Shown here piece after piece: positions 40,829-52,017 of a DNA stretch of 64,000 nucleotides. The stretch comes from Pseudovirgaria hyperparasitica. Lineage: Eukaryota. Under the pieces are notes generated by a model. It was not told where the DNA came from. It saw only the letters and a program-made list of their open reading frames with translations, and ran no database searches. Made by a program: the position numbers and the translations under genes. The stretch is taken from assembly GCA_010093815.1 (NCBI GenBank), contig ML996583.1; one strand, 5' to 3'. Numbering within the stretch: position 1 is the first letter of the stretch; each line of letters starts with the position of its first letter.

Positions 40829-40982
40829 GCTGGAGCAGAGACTTAGAAAAGTTATCACTGTGTAGATTGCAAGTCTTGCCGCTTAGTGTAGGTGAATTTT
40901 GGATTTAGGAAATTTGTTGCCTCAGGCCTTATCGATTAGACTTCAAGTGGGAACGTAGTTCACCATTCATTTAGCGTGCTGC

Positions 40983-41008
40983 CGCGTTCGCGTTCGCGTA
41001 CGCGACTC
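40983..41008. promoter_or_regulatory. Cluster of MCB-like (ACGCG-core) elements in the DIM1/APN1 divergent promoter
   Basis: CGCGTTCGCGTTCGCGTACGCGACTC: four CGCG cores in 26 nt. Confidence 0.6.
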
Positions 41009-41159
41009 GAACATCCGAATCTTGAAGAATGACCTGCTGCAAACGTTATCGGAGGTGAACTGCTGATATGACCTTGACCTCGTCAAACTGCCTGTGATTG
41101 TTCCAGGCAGGTTTCTTAATAGACCTCACGGCGAATCAAAACCCAGAACTGCACCAAAC

Positions 41160-42677
41160 ATGTCCTCTTCCGAGCTCTCATCAGCGACTTCTGATCTAGT
41201 CGATGACGCCTCCACTGCTGGGACAAGTCCGCACGAAAGGGTCACGGTAGCCGTGAATCCGAAGAAGCGCAAAGTCATTACTACGACGACTACGGGTAGC
41301 AAACGTTTCAAGACCACTGGGAACGCTGTGCAGAAGGTCGAGGTCACGCCGCAAGAGACTCAGACCAAGAAGAGTAAAGTTAAGGTGGAAAAAGGTTCGG
41401 ACCTCAATAAGTCTCAGCCTACTGTGTCGATAAAGGCGGCCCCCAAGAAACGGAAAACCAAGGAAGAGAAGGAAGCTGAGAATATGCCGTTGGCTACTCG
41501 AACCATAGGTTCCAAGATATTTGCTGGAGCTCATGTTAGTGTTGCGGGAGGCGTCCAAAATGCGGTCATCAACTCCTTGCATATTGGGTAGGTTAAAGTG
41601 AAGAGTCGATCACATTCCAGCTGTTGATACTATCACAGGGGTAACGCATTCGCCCTCTTTCTCAAGTCACAAAGAAAATGGACCAACCCACCACTCAAGA
41701 CTGAGGATGCTGTGGTCTACAAGGCCCACTGTAAAGAGCATGGTATCGAGAGCGATAAACATGTTGTGCCGCATGGGTCGTACCTTGTGAACTTGGCGCA
41801 TACTGATGCGGACAGGACAGCCCAAGCATATGGATCATTCCTGGACGACCTTAAACGATGCCATCAATTGGGTATCAAACTTTATAATTTCCATCCAGGT
41901 AATTGCGCAAGCTCAACGAGAGAAGAGGCGATCCGTCATTTAGCACACCAATTGAACAGGGCACACAAAGATCCGGATACTGGCGGAGTGATTACCGTTC
42001 TTGAGACCATGGCATCCGCAGGCAACACTATCGGTAGCACATTTTCTGAGCTCGCATCGATCATTAAACTAGTCAACGACAAGTCGCGTGTGGCAGTGTG
42101 TCTTGACACTTGCCATGTGTTTGCTGCAGGCTATGATTTGCGAACCCCTGAAGCTTTCAAGGCTACAATAGAGCAATTCGATAAAGACATTGGACTCAAA
42201 TACCTTCGTGCTTTCCACGTCAACGACAGCAAAGCTCCACTCGGTTCGCACAAAGATCTACATGCCAACATCGGAACTGGGTTCCTAGGTCTTCGTGCGT
42301 TCCACAATCTAGTGAACGAGCCACGTTTATGGGGTTTGCCCCTCGTTCTCGAAACGCCCATTGGTGTAAAGAATGAGAAGGGCAAGGAAGTCGATGACCA
42401 CGGGATCTACGCTCGCGAGATCAAACTTCTCGAAAGCCTTGTCGGTATGGACCCTGAAAGCTCCGAATTCACAGAAATGGAGAGTAAACTACATGCGAAA
42501 GGTGAAAGTGAGCGAGCGAGAATTCAAGACCAAGTGGACCGCAAGGCCATCAAAGACAAAAAGGGTGGAGGCAAGGCGGGTGCAAAGAAACCTGCGAAAG
42601 CCAAACCTACGAAAGGCAAGAAGAAGAAGATAGAGACTTCTGATGAGGAAGGCGATTCTGGTGAAGACACTGCTTGA
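41160..42677 (+). CDS. APN1: AP endonuclease, endonuclease IV family; 2 exons (possible extra upstream exon from ATG 41029)
   Basis: GAHVSVAGG, HIG|GNAFALFLKSQRKW, PHGSYLVNL, YNFHPG, VLETMA, VCLDTCHVFAAGYD, HVNDSK, DLHANIG, VLETP. Confidence 0.96.
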
Positions 42678-43175
42678 TCAAGCCATTAAGAAAAGACTTC
42701 AGAATCAGAGAGACGGTCAATACGACGAGACGCGCGTAGTCTTCTGTCCAAACCAAGTATGTGTCATTTTCTCATCCAGTCACACCACGCGTGTTCTCTC
42801 TAATCACTTACAATATAACCTCGCTCCAACTCATTGACTCCATTTCAGGGAATCCGAGACTCATTAGCACTAAAACTGCCCACACCGCATTAATAAAGCA
42901 ATATCCTTTGACCTTTGTTTCCCTTCATTAGCTCTTGTATACCCGGTCTGGTTCATATCATATTGTGTATATTTATGTAAGATACGACTGAAACACGTGA
43001 CCGTCCCCGCTATTGCGGGTGCGGTAGAATCTTTCCATGTTCCACGATGATAGCCTCGTCCGATCCGCCTGTAGACTATTGCGCTGGTCTGTGTCAGTAA
43101 TGGTTCTCCTTATTCATAATGGCATTGTATTATTGAAATGTAAGCAGTAATCTACTGCCCCCCCCAACAGATGTG

Positions 43176-44270
43176 ATGGACTCGTTTTTGTATACAAACT
43201 CAGTCGCCGCCTCCTGGACATGCCCTGCGGTATCGAACGACATTGTCCACTCTTTTCACCGCAGTCTCCCTGACTATAGCGAAACAAGGCTTCACTCCCT
43301 CCCGGACCTCGCCACAGACCTCGGAGTCGCGCACGTTGTGATCAAGGACGAGTCCACACGCTTCGGCTTACCTGCTTTCAAGATCACGGGTGCGTCTTGG
43401 GCCGTCTACCGCGCAGTCTGCGAAGCCACTTCACTACCACTGAATGTATCCTTGGAGGTTCTGGGCAGGGCCGCCAACGATAGAGGTATAAGGATGGTAG
43501 CATGTACTGAAGGCAATTGGGGCCAAGCAGTCGCGCAGATGGCTCGATATTTAAGCATTCCGGCTACGATCTTTGTCCCGCGTTTCATGTCCACAGCAAC
43601 GCAGGCGACTATCGAAGGGGAGGGTGCGCAAGTGATCAAGATTGAGGGCGATTACGACGAGAGTGTAAAACGTGCGGAGAGGGAGGCCAAGGAGAACGAC
43701 GCGTTGCTGTGTATGGATACCGCCTGGCCCGGTTACGAGAAAATCCCGGCCTGGGTTGTTCAAGGGTATGCAACGATATTGAGTGAAACGGACGCGCAAT
43801 TGGAGCAGTTGGTCGGACGACCGGCTACACATGCGTTTGCACCGGTTGGTGTGGGAAGCTGGGGACATGCAGTGACAGTCCACTACAAGTCGAAGACTGA
43901 AGGCCAGCGCGCATTGGTCGTTGCTGTGGAGCCGGATACCGCGGCATGCTTAAAGACATCGCTTAAAAAGGGCATGATCACCTCGATTGAGACAGGAGAG
44001 AGCATCATGGCCGGTATGAATTGTGGAACGGTCAGCCTGATGGCTTGGCCTGCATTAAGAGATGGAGCGGATGCCGTGGTCACTGTGACTGATGTGGAAG
44101 CCCACAGAGCAGTAGAATATCTTCATTCGAGGCAAGTAATCGCTGGTCCATGTGGAGCATCGACGGTTGCGGCCTTCAGGAAGATCAGCAATCAGCTAGG
44201 TCTGGGAAGGGAGAGTGTTGTGGTGTTATTTAGCACAGAGGGATCGCGAGAGTACAAGATACCGGAATGA
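43176..44270 (+). CDS. PLP-dependent diaminopropionate ammonia-lyase-like enzyme (fold type II), no intron in ORF
   Basis: FHRSLPDYSETRL, KDESTRFGLPAFKITGASWA (PLP Lys), GDYDESV, DTAWPGYEKIP, GVGS, SIMAGMNCG, GPCGA, STEG. Confidence 0.88.
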   Translation: MDSFLYTNSVAASWTCPAVSNDIVHSFHRSLPDYSETRLHSLPDLATDLGVAHVVIKDESTRFGLPAFKITGASWAVYRAVCEATSLPLNVSLEVLGRAANDRGIRMVACTEGNWGQAVAQMARYLSIPATIFVPRFMSTATQATIEGEGAQVIKIEGDYDESVKRAEREAKENDALLCMDTAWPGYEKIPAWVVQGYATILSETDAQLEQLVGRPATHAFAPVGVGSWGHAVTVHYKSKTEGQRALVVAVEPDTAACLKTSLKKGMITSIETGESIMAGMNCGTVSLMAWPALRDGADAVVTVTDVEAHRAVEYLHSRQVIAGPCGASTVAAFRKISNQLGLGRESVVVLFSTEGSREYKIPE

Positions 44271-45357
44271 CCCCGTCATATAAGAACATTTCTGTTTATC
44301 CAAGGTGACAAAGCCTTCTTCCGCCGAACTGATAGATGAAACAGCTTGGCTTTGGTTGATACCTCATTCTCCTGACACAATTATCGCTGTAGATTTCGAC
44401 ACATACTCAAGAGTTTGATCACACCTCTGATTCTGACGACGTGTTCAAGCACAGGAATTCGTTACATGGTCAGTCCTCCAGGTCAGCGAGTGGCTACGCT
44501 ACTCGTATACTCTCATCCACGGCATCTGCCACACCTTCAAATATATGATGTCAAGGATAGAAGTCTCAATAGTCACCTCAAAGAAGTTCAATCTCCGCCT
44601 ATTGTGTCTGCAGCTTTCAGTCGAATATCAGACATTAATATGCCTCGAGGAGACCCTTTGCAAGGGTTCAAATATGATACAGCCGGAGCTATATGTCTCA
44701 TATGACGTAGAGCATATGTGCATAGGGTACCACAACCGGACAGCTTCTACAAGAAAAGCGTATTGCTTCATTGTGACATTGATCATTCGCCTGTCGCACT
44801 TTTTGGCAAGGAAGTCACCTCCGACACTCTACCATGGTGGCTATGGTAATGAACGCGCTCCAGACACGAGATACGGAAGAATTGTCCTCGCAAGTCACAA
44901 AAAGTTGTGGATCTTTAATGCAATAAGCTCCATCGAAAATTGTACTCCCACTGAGCTGCAATAAATAGGCCGTATGATCAGAGAGGACGCCGTTTGGACC
45001 AGAGTACTGCTGATCAATCCTATATGTTTCTGTTTGGACGCCACATGCGTTGGTGTTTGTGTTGGGTTATCTGACAAATAACGACTAATTAACCTCCAGA
45101 CCCCAACACCCAATGCAACACGCGGAGTGAAGAAGCAAAAGTGTCGCATGCGAGTCACAATCGTGCAGTATATGACCAATTTGAGTACTTTCTACCGTTG
45201 GGTCAGACCGTTGGGTGGCAGTCGTTTGATTACTCGTGGGATCCTGCCGACCTGCAGATATATATAATACCCAGCAGCGCTGCTGAGAGATAGTACCAAG
45301 TCTGTAAAGGTTGATAAATCTCGCAATATCATCCGTGGTCTCAACCAGCTAGTCGCG

Positions 45358-46184
45358 ATGAAGCTTGCCATAGTAGCCACATTGTCTGCGTTGTGTGCGT
45401 CTTTCAGTGAGCTCCACCTTCTCTCAGAAATACGTTCTACTGACAGTCCACAGCGGATGCCCTCGTCCTTCGTCAGACTCCTGGACAACGACTCCCGTCC
45501 GGAAACTCCATCCGTCTCCTTCCCCTAGGAGACTCCATTACATGGGGCACAGATAGCACAGATGAAAGTGGCTACCGCGGCGGTCTCCTATCCGAACTCA
45601 GCGGCAACATCGTCGACTTCATCGGGAACGCATCACAGCGCCGTGGCAACATTCCCGATCCCGACAATGCCGGCTGGCCAGGATACACGATTGCGCAAAT
45701 CGGCGAGGCCGCGGACAATGCCTCCACATCGGTGTTTGCACCTCAGCCCAATGTTGTCACGCTGCATGCAGGTACAAACGACATGATTTATATCTTCCAG
45801 GACTATGCTGGTGCTCCAGATCGACTAGAGGCGTTGATCAATAAGATCACGGCAAATGTGCCGAATACGCTGGTGCTGGTTGCGAAGATCATTCATGCCT
45901 CTGACCCGGACGTTGATGCTAGAATCCAGACGTATAACTCAGGGATAGATGCTGCTGTACAGAGGGCTCAGCAGGGTGGGAAGTTCAAGGTGCGCGTAGT
46001 AGATCAATCTGCTATCGATGACCTTGGAGATGGTGTGCATCCGTAAGTTTACTGCTCGTGACATATGGTGGGAAGACAAGTCTGACGATGAGGCAGGACC
46101 GACGCAGGATATGCGACGATGGCAACCAATTGGTACAATGCTATTTACGATGCAGATGTGGCAGGACTTATTTCACCAGCCTAG
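45358..46184 (+). CDS. Secreted SGNH/GDSL hydrolase, carbohydrate esterase family 3-like, 3 exons
   Basis: Signal peptide MKLAIVATLSALCASF; IRLLPLGDSITWG, GWPGYTIAQI, LHAGTND, DGVHP|TDAGYATMA. Confidence 0.9.
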
Positions 46185-47262
46185 GGGTGGAAGGCTCACT
46201 CGCACGAGGGTCGCTCAGTTTTCGACTTGCGTCCTACGTAAGGGAAAGAGGAATAGATAAGGGACATATACCTACTCAAACAGATCATTACACTGGTGTA
46301 TGTGTTCTCACTATCGCTATGAACAAACAAAGAGGTCAGAACTAGTCTATAGACTAGCTTATCTCAAGATATCAAGTGAATCTTCAAATCCAATAGAGAT
46401 CTTTTGCTCTAGTGCCAATGAAATACTCTACACTAACCATCACGGCAGGTACGTTCAATGCAAGCTCTCGAATAGGTCCATCGCCTCACTCGAGACCACC
46501 ACCTACATATTCACTGGCATGCCTGTGCAAATAGTGTCAGCTGCAAAAAACGCCATTGCTGAATCATTCCCGAACACATGAAGAAACAGATACGAATTTC
46601 TCGGTTGCACTTTCTTATCGGTATAGTCGTAGACCAATATCACAAACATCCCGGGTTGGAGCTGAAAAATCTTCGGTATCCAAGTTTGGACCGGGCTTGT
46701 TCAGTATGTGGTCCCGTTGTATTGGTATCTTTTTTTCGATGTTTGTGCCCTCTGGCAGATTGTTTGGGCCGGTACAGGGTCGATACTCAGCCATGACGCC
46801 CGTATCTGTTTAGACAGTTCATATCATGGGCGTCGGTAGCGTCATTGAGTTTAGGATAATCTCAACCTCTGGCTCGGTAAACTCCTCACGCTAAGTTATG
46901 TAGAGAAGGATATGCGGAATCTTGTTTTATAAATATTGTCGTTTGCATCTGCGGCTCTTACACTCTGTTTCCAGCTGTCGTCTTTCTTTCTCGTAGTGCC
47001 ACTAGATACTGAAAGACCTACATTTCATGAAGAATGGGTGCCGAATTGATGTTGTCTTATGAGATGTAGCTTAATAGATTATGTGTGATAACAGTTCCTC
47101 TATGCCCCCTTTCTATACGCCATGTACGATGCCCCAGAATCTGCCCACCTTGCCTTAAGCTGTGATCCCCACGAAATTAAAACCCGAACGCCACTTAGCA
47201 GCAAAGATGGGTATCTTAGCCCTCCAGACTCCTTGCAAGATACACCGACGCTCTATTCTCAC

Positions 47263-48892
47263 TCAGATCAGCCTCAGCCCGCTCTTCGGCATAGTGCGCG
47301 TAAACGCCAGCATCGCCTTATTCTTATTCGGCAGTTTCTGGAGTCTCCTATATGCCTCTTTGACATGCTGTAGTTGCACTGGCTCACGCGCTTCATCTGG
47401 CATGTCAAAAAGTCCCGTCTCACGCTTTCTCTTGCGGCCCGCACTGCCCTCGTCACCACCGCCCGCAGCGCCAGTCTTCTTCTTGTACAGATCCTCCGCG
47501 GCCTTGACCTTGAGCGCCTCTTCGGTCAATGTCTGGACGATCTCAAAGGTCAAGAATCCCAAGATGTCGATAGTGTCATCGTTAGGCTTTGTTTCGAGAA
47601 TGACGCCGACACCAGCCCACTCACGGAAACGCTTCGCTTTGCGAAATGTAAAACTGGCTTGACGACAGTCGGACCAGTGCACATACTCGTCTCGCGTCAT
47701 GTCTTTTGTACGTTCGTCGGCGTTGCGAAGACGTTGAATCGTGGCGTAATTCATCTCTTCTTCCTCCTCGTCTTCGATATCGTCGCGTGGGGGTACGACC
47801 TCGCTGAAGAAGCTTTGTACGTCCCATACGAGGTCGACTTTCGTGCGCTTTGCTTTCTTGCCAACATCTGCGGCAGGGCCTGAGGCCCCAACACCCTGAA
47901 TATCATCACCTGCGGCTAGCTCCGCTGCGTCGCCGCCGCCCTTGTCATCAGAGTCTTTGACGTTGCGTCGAACATCTTTCCATTGGAGGAAAGTACGTAG
48001 ACGGGAAATTTTGGCTTTATCGTGGCGGATAAGCATCATGAGGTCATCCGTGGAAATGGATCGAGAGCCGCGGCGGGTGGCTAAGGCAGTGCATTCTCGA
48101 AGCTAATAACGTTCAGTAAACTTGACATCTGGTCAATGTACTGAAGGTAACAGGATATGTACCATTTCTTGAACTTGTTGTTGGACGATCTGTTCGATGA
48201 GGAAGGTGACTTCCGGTGCGGGTTCGGCGGTCTCACCAGAGACGAACATCATCTGTCGGATAAAGTCAATGAACCGAATCCAGAAACCTCTCATATTGCG
48301 AAATTCGTCCATCGTGCAGATACAGGGTCTAGGCCCAATAAAAATAGAGACTCGATTGAGAGAACGAATGTGATAACTTCTGTAAGGGATGAATACACAG
48401 TAGAGCTACAGGACACGGCAAATAACCCCACACTGCTGCAGGTCACGAGCTTATAAGGCTGAAGCCGTATGTAGCCGGAGAACACATAGAACGGGAAAAT
48501 GAAGACGATACCTTAGGAAATAGTTTTTGATATGAGCCCAAACAGTATTTTTTACTTCTCGCCGGACGGACCAGCTCATCCTGATGTAGAGCCTTGTGTC
48601 TTTTCTGTGGTCGAACAAACATAACGGACACAAAGAGAAGGTACGATGTAGAATGTTGTATAAGAGGTAGAGAAGTGGCAGATGGAGAAGTAGAAGCAGA
48701 AGCAGAAACGAGATGTCACGGTAAAGAAAAAGACAAGAAGATTTAAATGAGGTGGCAGGTCCATAAGATCAAGAGTCACGACCTGGAAATGGGGATCTCA
48801 CGGCAATATCTTAAAAGTGCACTGTGACAAAATCGCAATTCACTAACCTGCTGGATCTCCTGACGATACTTGGCCGTCTTTGTGTCTGCCAT
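47263..48892 (-). CDS. SPT3: SAGA subunit Spt3, 3 exons (48892-48848, 48252-~48163, ~48102-47263)
   Basis: KYRQEIQQ|MMFVSGET, RRGSRSISTDDL, IRHDKAKISRLRTFLQWKDVR, CRQASFTFRKAKRFREW, DILGFLTFEIV. Confidence 0.96.
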
Positions 48893-49224
48893 GGTCGTGA
48901 ATGCGGCGGTCCAGCCGCTATGTTCACGCAAGGGCTATTCAGAACAGATTATGTATAATACAGTATTGACTATAGATGCAGCGCTGAGTAGAGACTGAAT
49001 AACGACTGGTGAAATGATAATGACTGGATGAAGGTGAAGGTTGAAGTGAGCGAGTTGGCGTTGGAGGCTGAGTGGGGCCAGGGTTCCGTGCTGCTCATGC
49101 TAGGCTATCTCAAGCCTAGCTCAGCCCTACAAAAATCCTCTGCATCAAAAAATATCATTGCGGGGTTTGTGCAATCATTGCGGGGTCACAGTCATTCTTG
49201 GGATAATTATACGAGATCAACAAG

Positions 49225-50166
49225 ATGCTGTACCTGATTGGCCTTGGCCTCGCTGATGAGAAAGACATCAGCGTAAGAGGCCTTGAAATCGTCAAGCGTG
49301 CTTCACGCGTCTATCTCGAAGCCTACACCGCAATCCTACTCGTAGAAAAGCATGTTCTGGTGAGTTTCTTCACATACCTGCCATGCTTTAGCAATCCACA
49401 ATCAGCACAACACCTCGTCTAACTAACACAGCTATAGGAATCCTTCTATGGTCGCGAAGTCATTCTGGCTGACCGTGAAATGGTCGAGTCGAACAGCGAA
49501 GCCATCCTCAAAAGTGCGGAAAAGGAAGACGTTGCCTTTCTCGTCGTAGGCGATCCATGCAGCGCAACAACCCATACGGACCTTCTGCTACGCGCGCGAC
49601 ATGCCACACCTGCAATCCCAACCCGTGTCCTACCGAACACGAGCATTATGACTGCTATTGGATGTACAGGGTTGCAGCTGTACAATTTCGGCCAGACTGT
49701 CAGTATGGTCTTCTTCACGGACAACTGGAAGCCGACGAGTATCTATGACCGCATCAAGGAGAATGTTGCGCATGGATTCCATACTTTGGTGCTGCTAGAT
49801 ATCAAGGTCAAGGAGGCGAGTGAGGAGAATATGGCGAGAGGCCGCCCATGGATCTTTGAGCCGCCAAGGTTCATGTCCAGTGCTCTATGTGCCGAGCAGC
49901 TGTTGTACGTCGAAGGGGAGAGGAAAGAGGGGATCTGTGGTCCGGATAATTTGGCAGTAGCAGTGGCAAGAGTTGGCAGTGAAGAGGAAAAGATTGTGGC
50001 AGGGACTTTAGAAGAGCTTAGTACAGTCGACCTTGGGAAGCCGCTGCACAGCTTGGTTCTTATCGGTAAGAAGGGGCATGAGATGGAGATGGAATATGTG
50101 AGAGACTTCGCCATTGACAAAGCCAAGTTCGAGGTAATCTGGAAGAGAGACTATGGCAAGTCGTAG
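49225..50166 (+). CDS. DPH5: Diphthine methyl ester synthase, 2 exons
   Basis: [72 protein letters not shown]. Confidence 0.97.
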
Positions 50167-50504
50167 ACCACATCCATTCGCAATTGAGCAGGACGGCGGC
50201 CAGCGCGTCGCCTGATCCTCAACGTCTGCGACAATGTCACAAACACGTTTGTATTCATCCGGCGTTCTTCCTTGCCACATTCACCGAGCATAACATGCAT
50301 AGAGTAAGACCGAGAATCAGTGAGAATCCTTTTTATATGCTCCAAATGTACATAAGTAGTTCGAAGTTCGCAATTCGGTGCACAACCTCTTCATGAGGTA
50401 GTGTATAGCACCATAGAGCAGGGTTGTCCGAACTATCCGCGTTAAATGCGTGCTACGCCGTTCCGTGCGTTGGTAATTTGCATCAATAGTCAGGATTCCA
50501 CAGT

Positions 50505-51424
50505 TCAAGCCTTCTTCTCCTCTTCTTCCTCCTCGTCGTATTGCAGCCTCTTGGCATTCGCACGCTCCAACTTCCTCTCGCGGGCAGCCTTGTTCTTTGC
50601 ACGCTTGGCGTCCATCTCGTCGGCGAGTTGGCGCTCACGAAGCTTCTCGGCCTTGGCCTTGTGGATCTGGCGGCTGAATTAGCATCTTGCAAGGGCGGCC
50701 GGAGTCATGATGCCATGAATGTCATGGGGGAACGTACGTGTTCTACAAGGGCACGCTTGTGCTTGAAAGTGTTACCCTTAGCGAGCTGGTACAGCTCGTG
50801 GTAGAGGTGCTTGTCGATCTTGCCGGCTGCACGGTACTTGACCAGCAGGCGGCGGAGTACGCGCTGACGGCGCATCCATAAGATCTCGCTGTGAAACAGC
50901 GTTAGCCATATAACCCTCTAGGCTCTTCAACCATCGACTCTACCGCAAGGCGGTCTCGGAGTGATTGATGGGACAACCGAGGGATATATCCTACCTAGGC
51001 ATTCTAGCCTCTTGTGTTCCCTTCCTCTTACCGAAGCCACGGTGTCTACCGATTCTTCGTGCAGCGGTCAACTCACGGGCGCGGGTGCGCGAGTGCATCG
51101 TGACGGGCTTGCGGATGATGAGGCCATCGGAGACCAACTTGCGGATCGTCTGGCGGGAGTTGGCGTTCGAGATTTCGTTGACCTCGTTAGGGTCAAGCCA
51201 AATCTTGCGCTTGCCGCATCCGACGACAGACGCTGCGAGGCGCTTCTGGGTGCGAAGGTTGACCCTGAGGAAAGAAGAACATGTTAGTTGGTTTCTGAAG
51301 TGGTGGCGGAGTTGGGTGAGGGGAACATGAGAATGGCAGTGATAGCGATTAGAACGGTGGATTGACGATGATAGATAGTTTTCTCAAATCCTCAATCGAC
51401 CGTATAGAGAGGGACAACATACAT
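50505..51424 (-). CDS. RPL19: 60S ribosomal protein L19 (eL19), 4 exons; start codon split AT|G by intron 1
   Basis: [59 protein letters not shown]; exons 51424-51423, 51264-50995, 50888-50738, 50666-50505. Confidence 0.97.
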
Positions 51425-52017
51425 TGTCGATGAATGGTTGGTCGCTGTCGGGTTAGTTGATGAGCAATGTCGTGGATGAGGTTGCAAGTATTTTCGCAAG
51501 CGAACGGTGGAGATGTGGGCGCCAAGAGTCACGTGTAGCGAGTGGCCTTCCATCACCCACATCTATTTAAACGAACCTTGACAACAAGATCATTACGGAA
51601 CGTTGCTCATTATGATTCAGATTGACTGACTGACTGTCTATCCTAAAATTGTATAAGTATGACACCTCAAGACTTTGCCCACCCCTACAGCAGTCGGGTC
51701 CGAATCAATGCAGACCGTGGACGATATCTCGGTGACTCGATGAACCATTTTGGCGCTCAATAGCGTGCTTGTACTGTAGTACTATCTGTTCGCCCTCGCT
51801 GTCGTCAATAATCTCTGACCAACATAGCCGCTCTACATGGAGCTCTAGGGGTATATCTGGGCATAGCGGCCCTTGAATCCGAGTAATGTAGTGTCTTGGC
51901 CGTTACGAGCCTAAACGTGCTGAGTACGCCAATTTTCAGCCTCCACTCATCTGAGTTACAGCCGTGTTGGTCGACATCGTCCATCCATACATCCCAAACG
52001 GCGCAGCCAGCTGCACC

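Noticed and set aside
48777..48790. Recursive AG|GT splice site in SPT3 intron 1
   Set aside because: The regenerated donor GTCGTG lacks +5 G; kept only as an alternative acceptor hypothesis.
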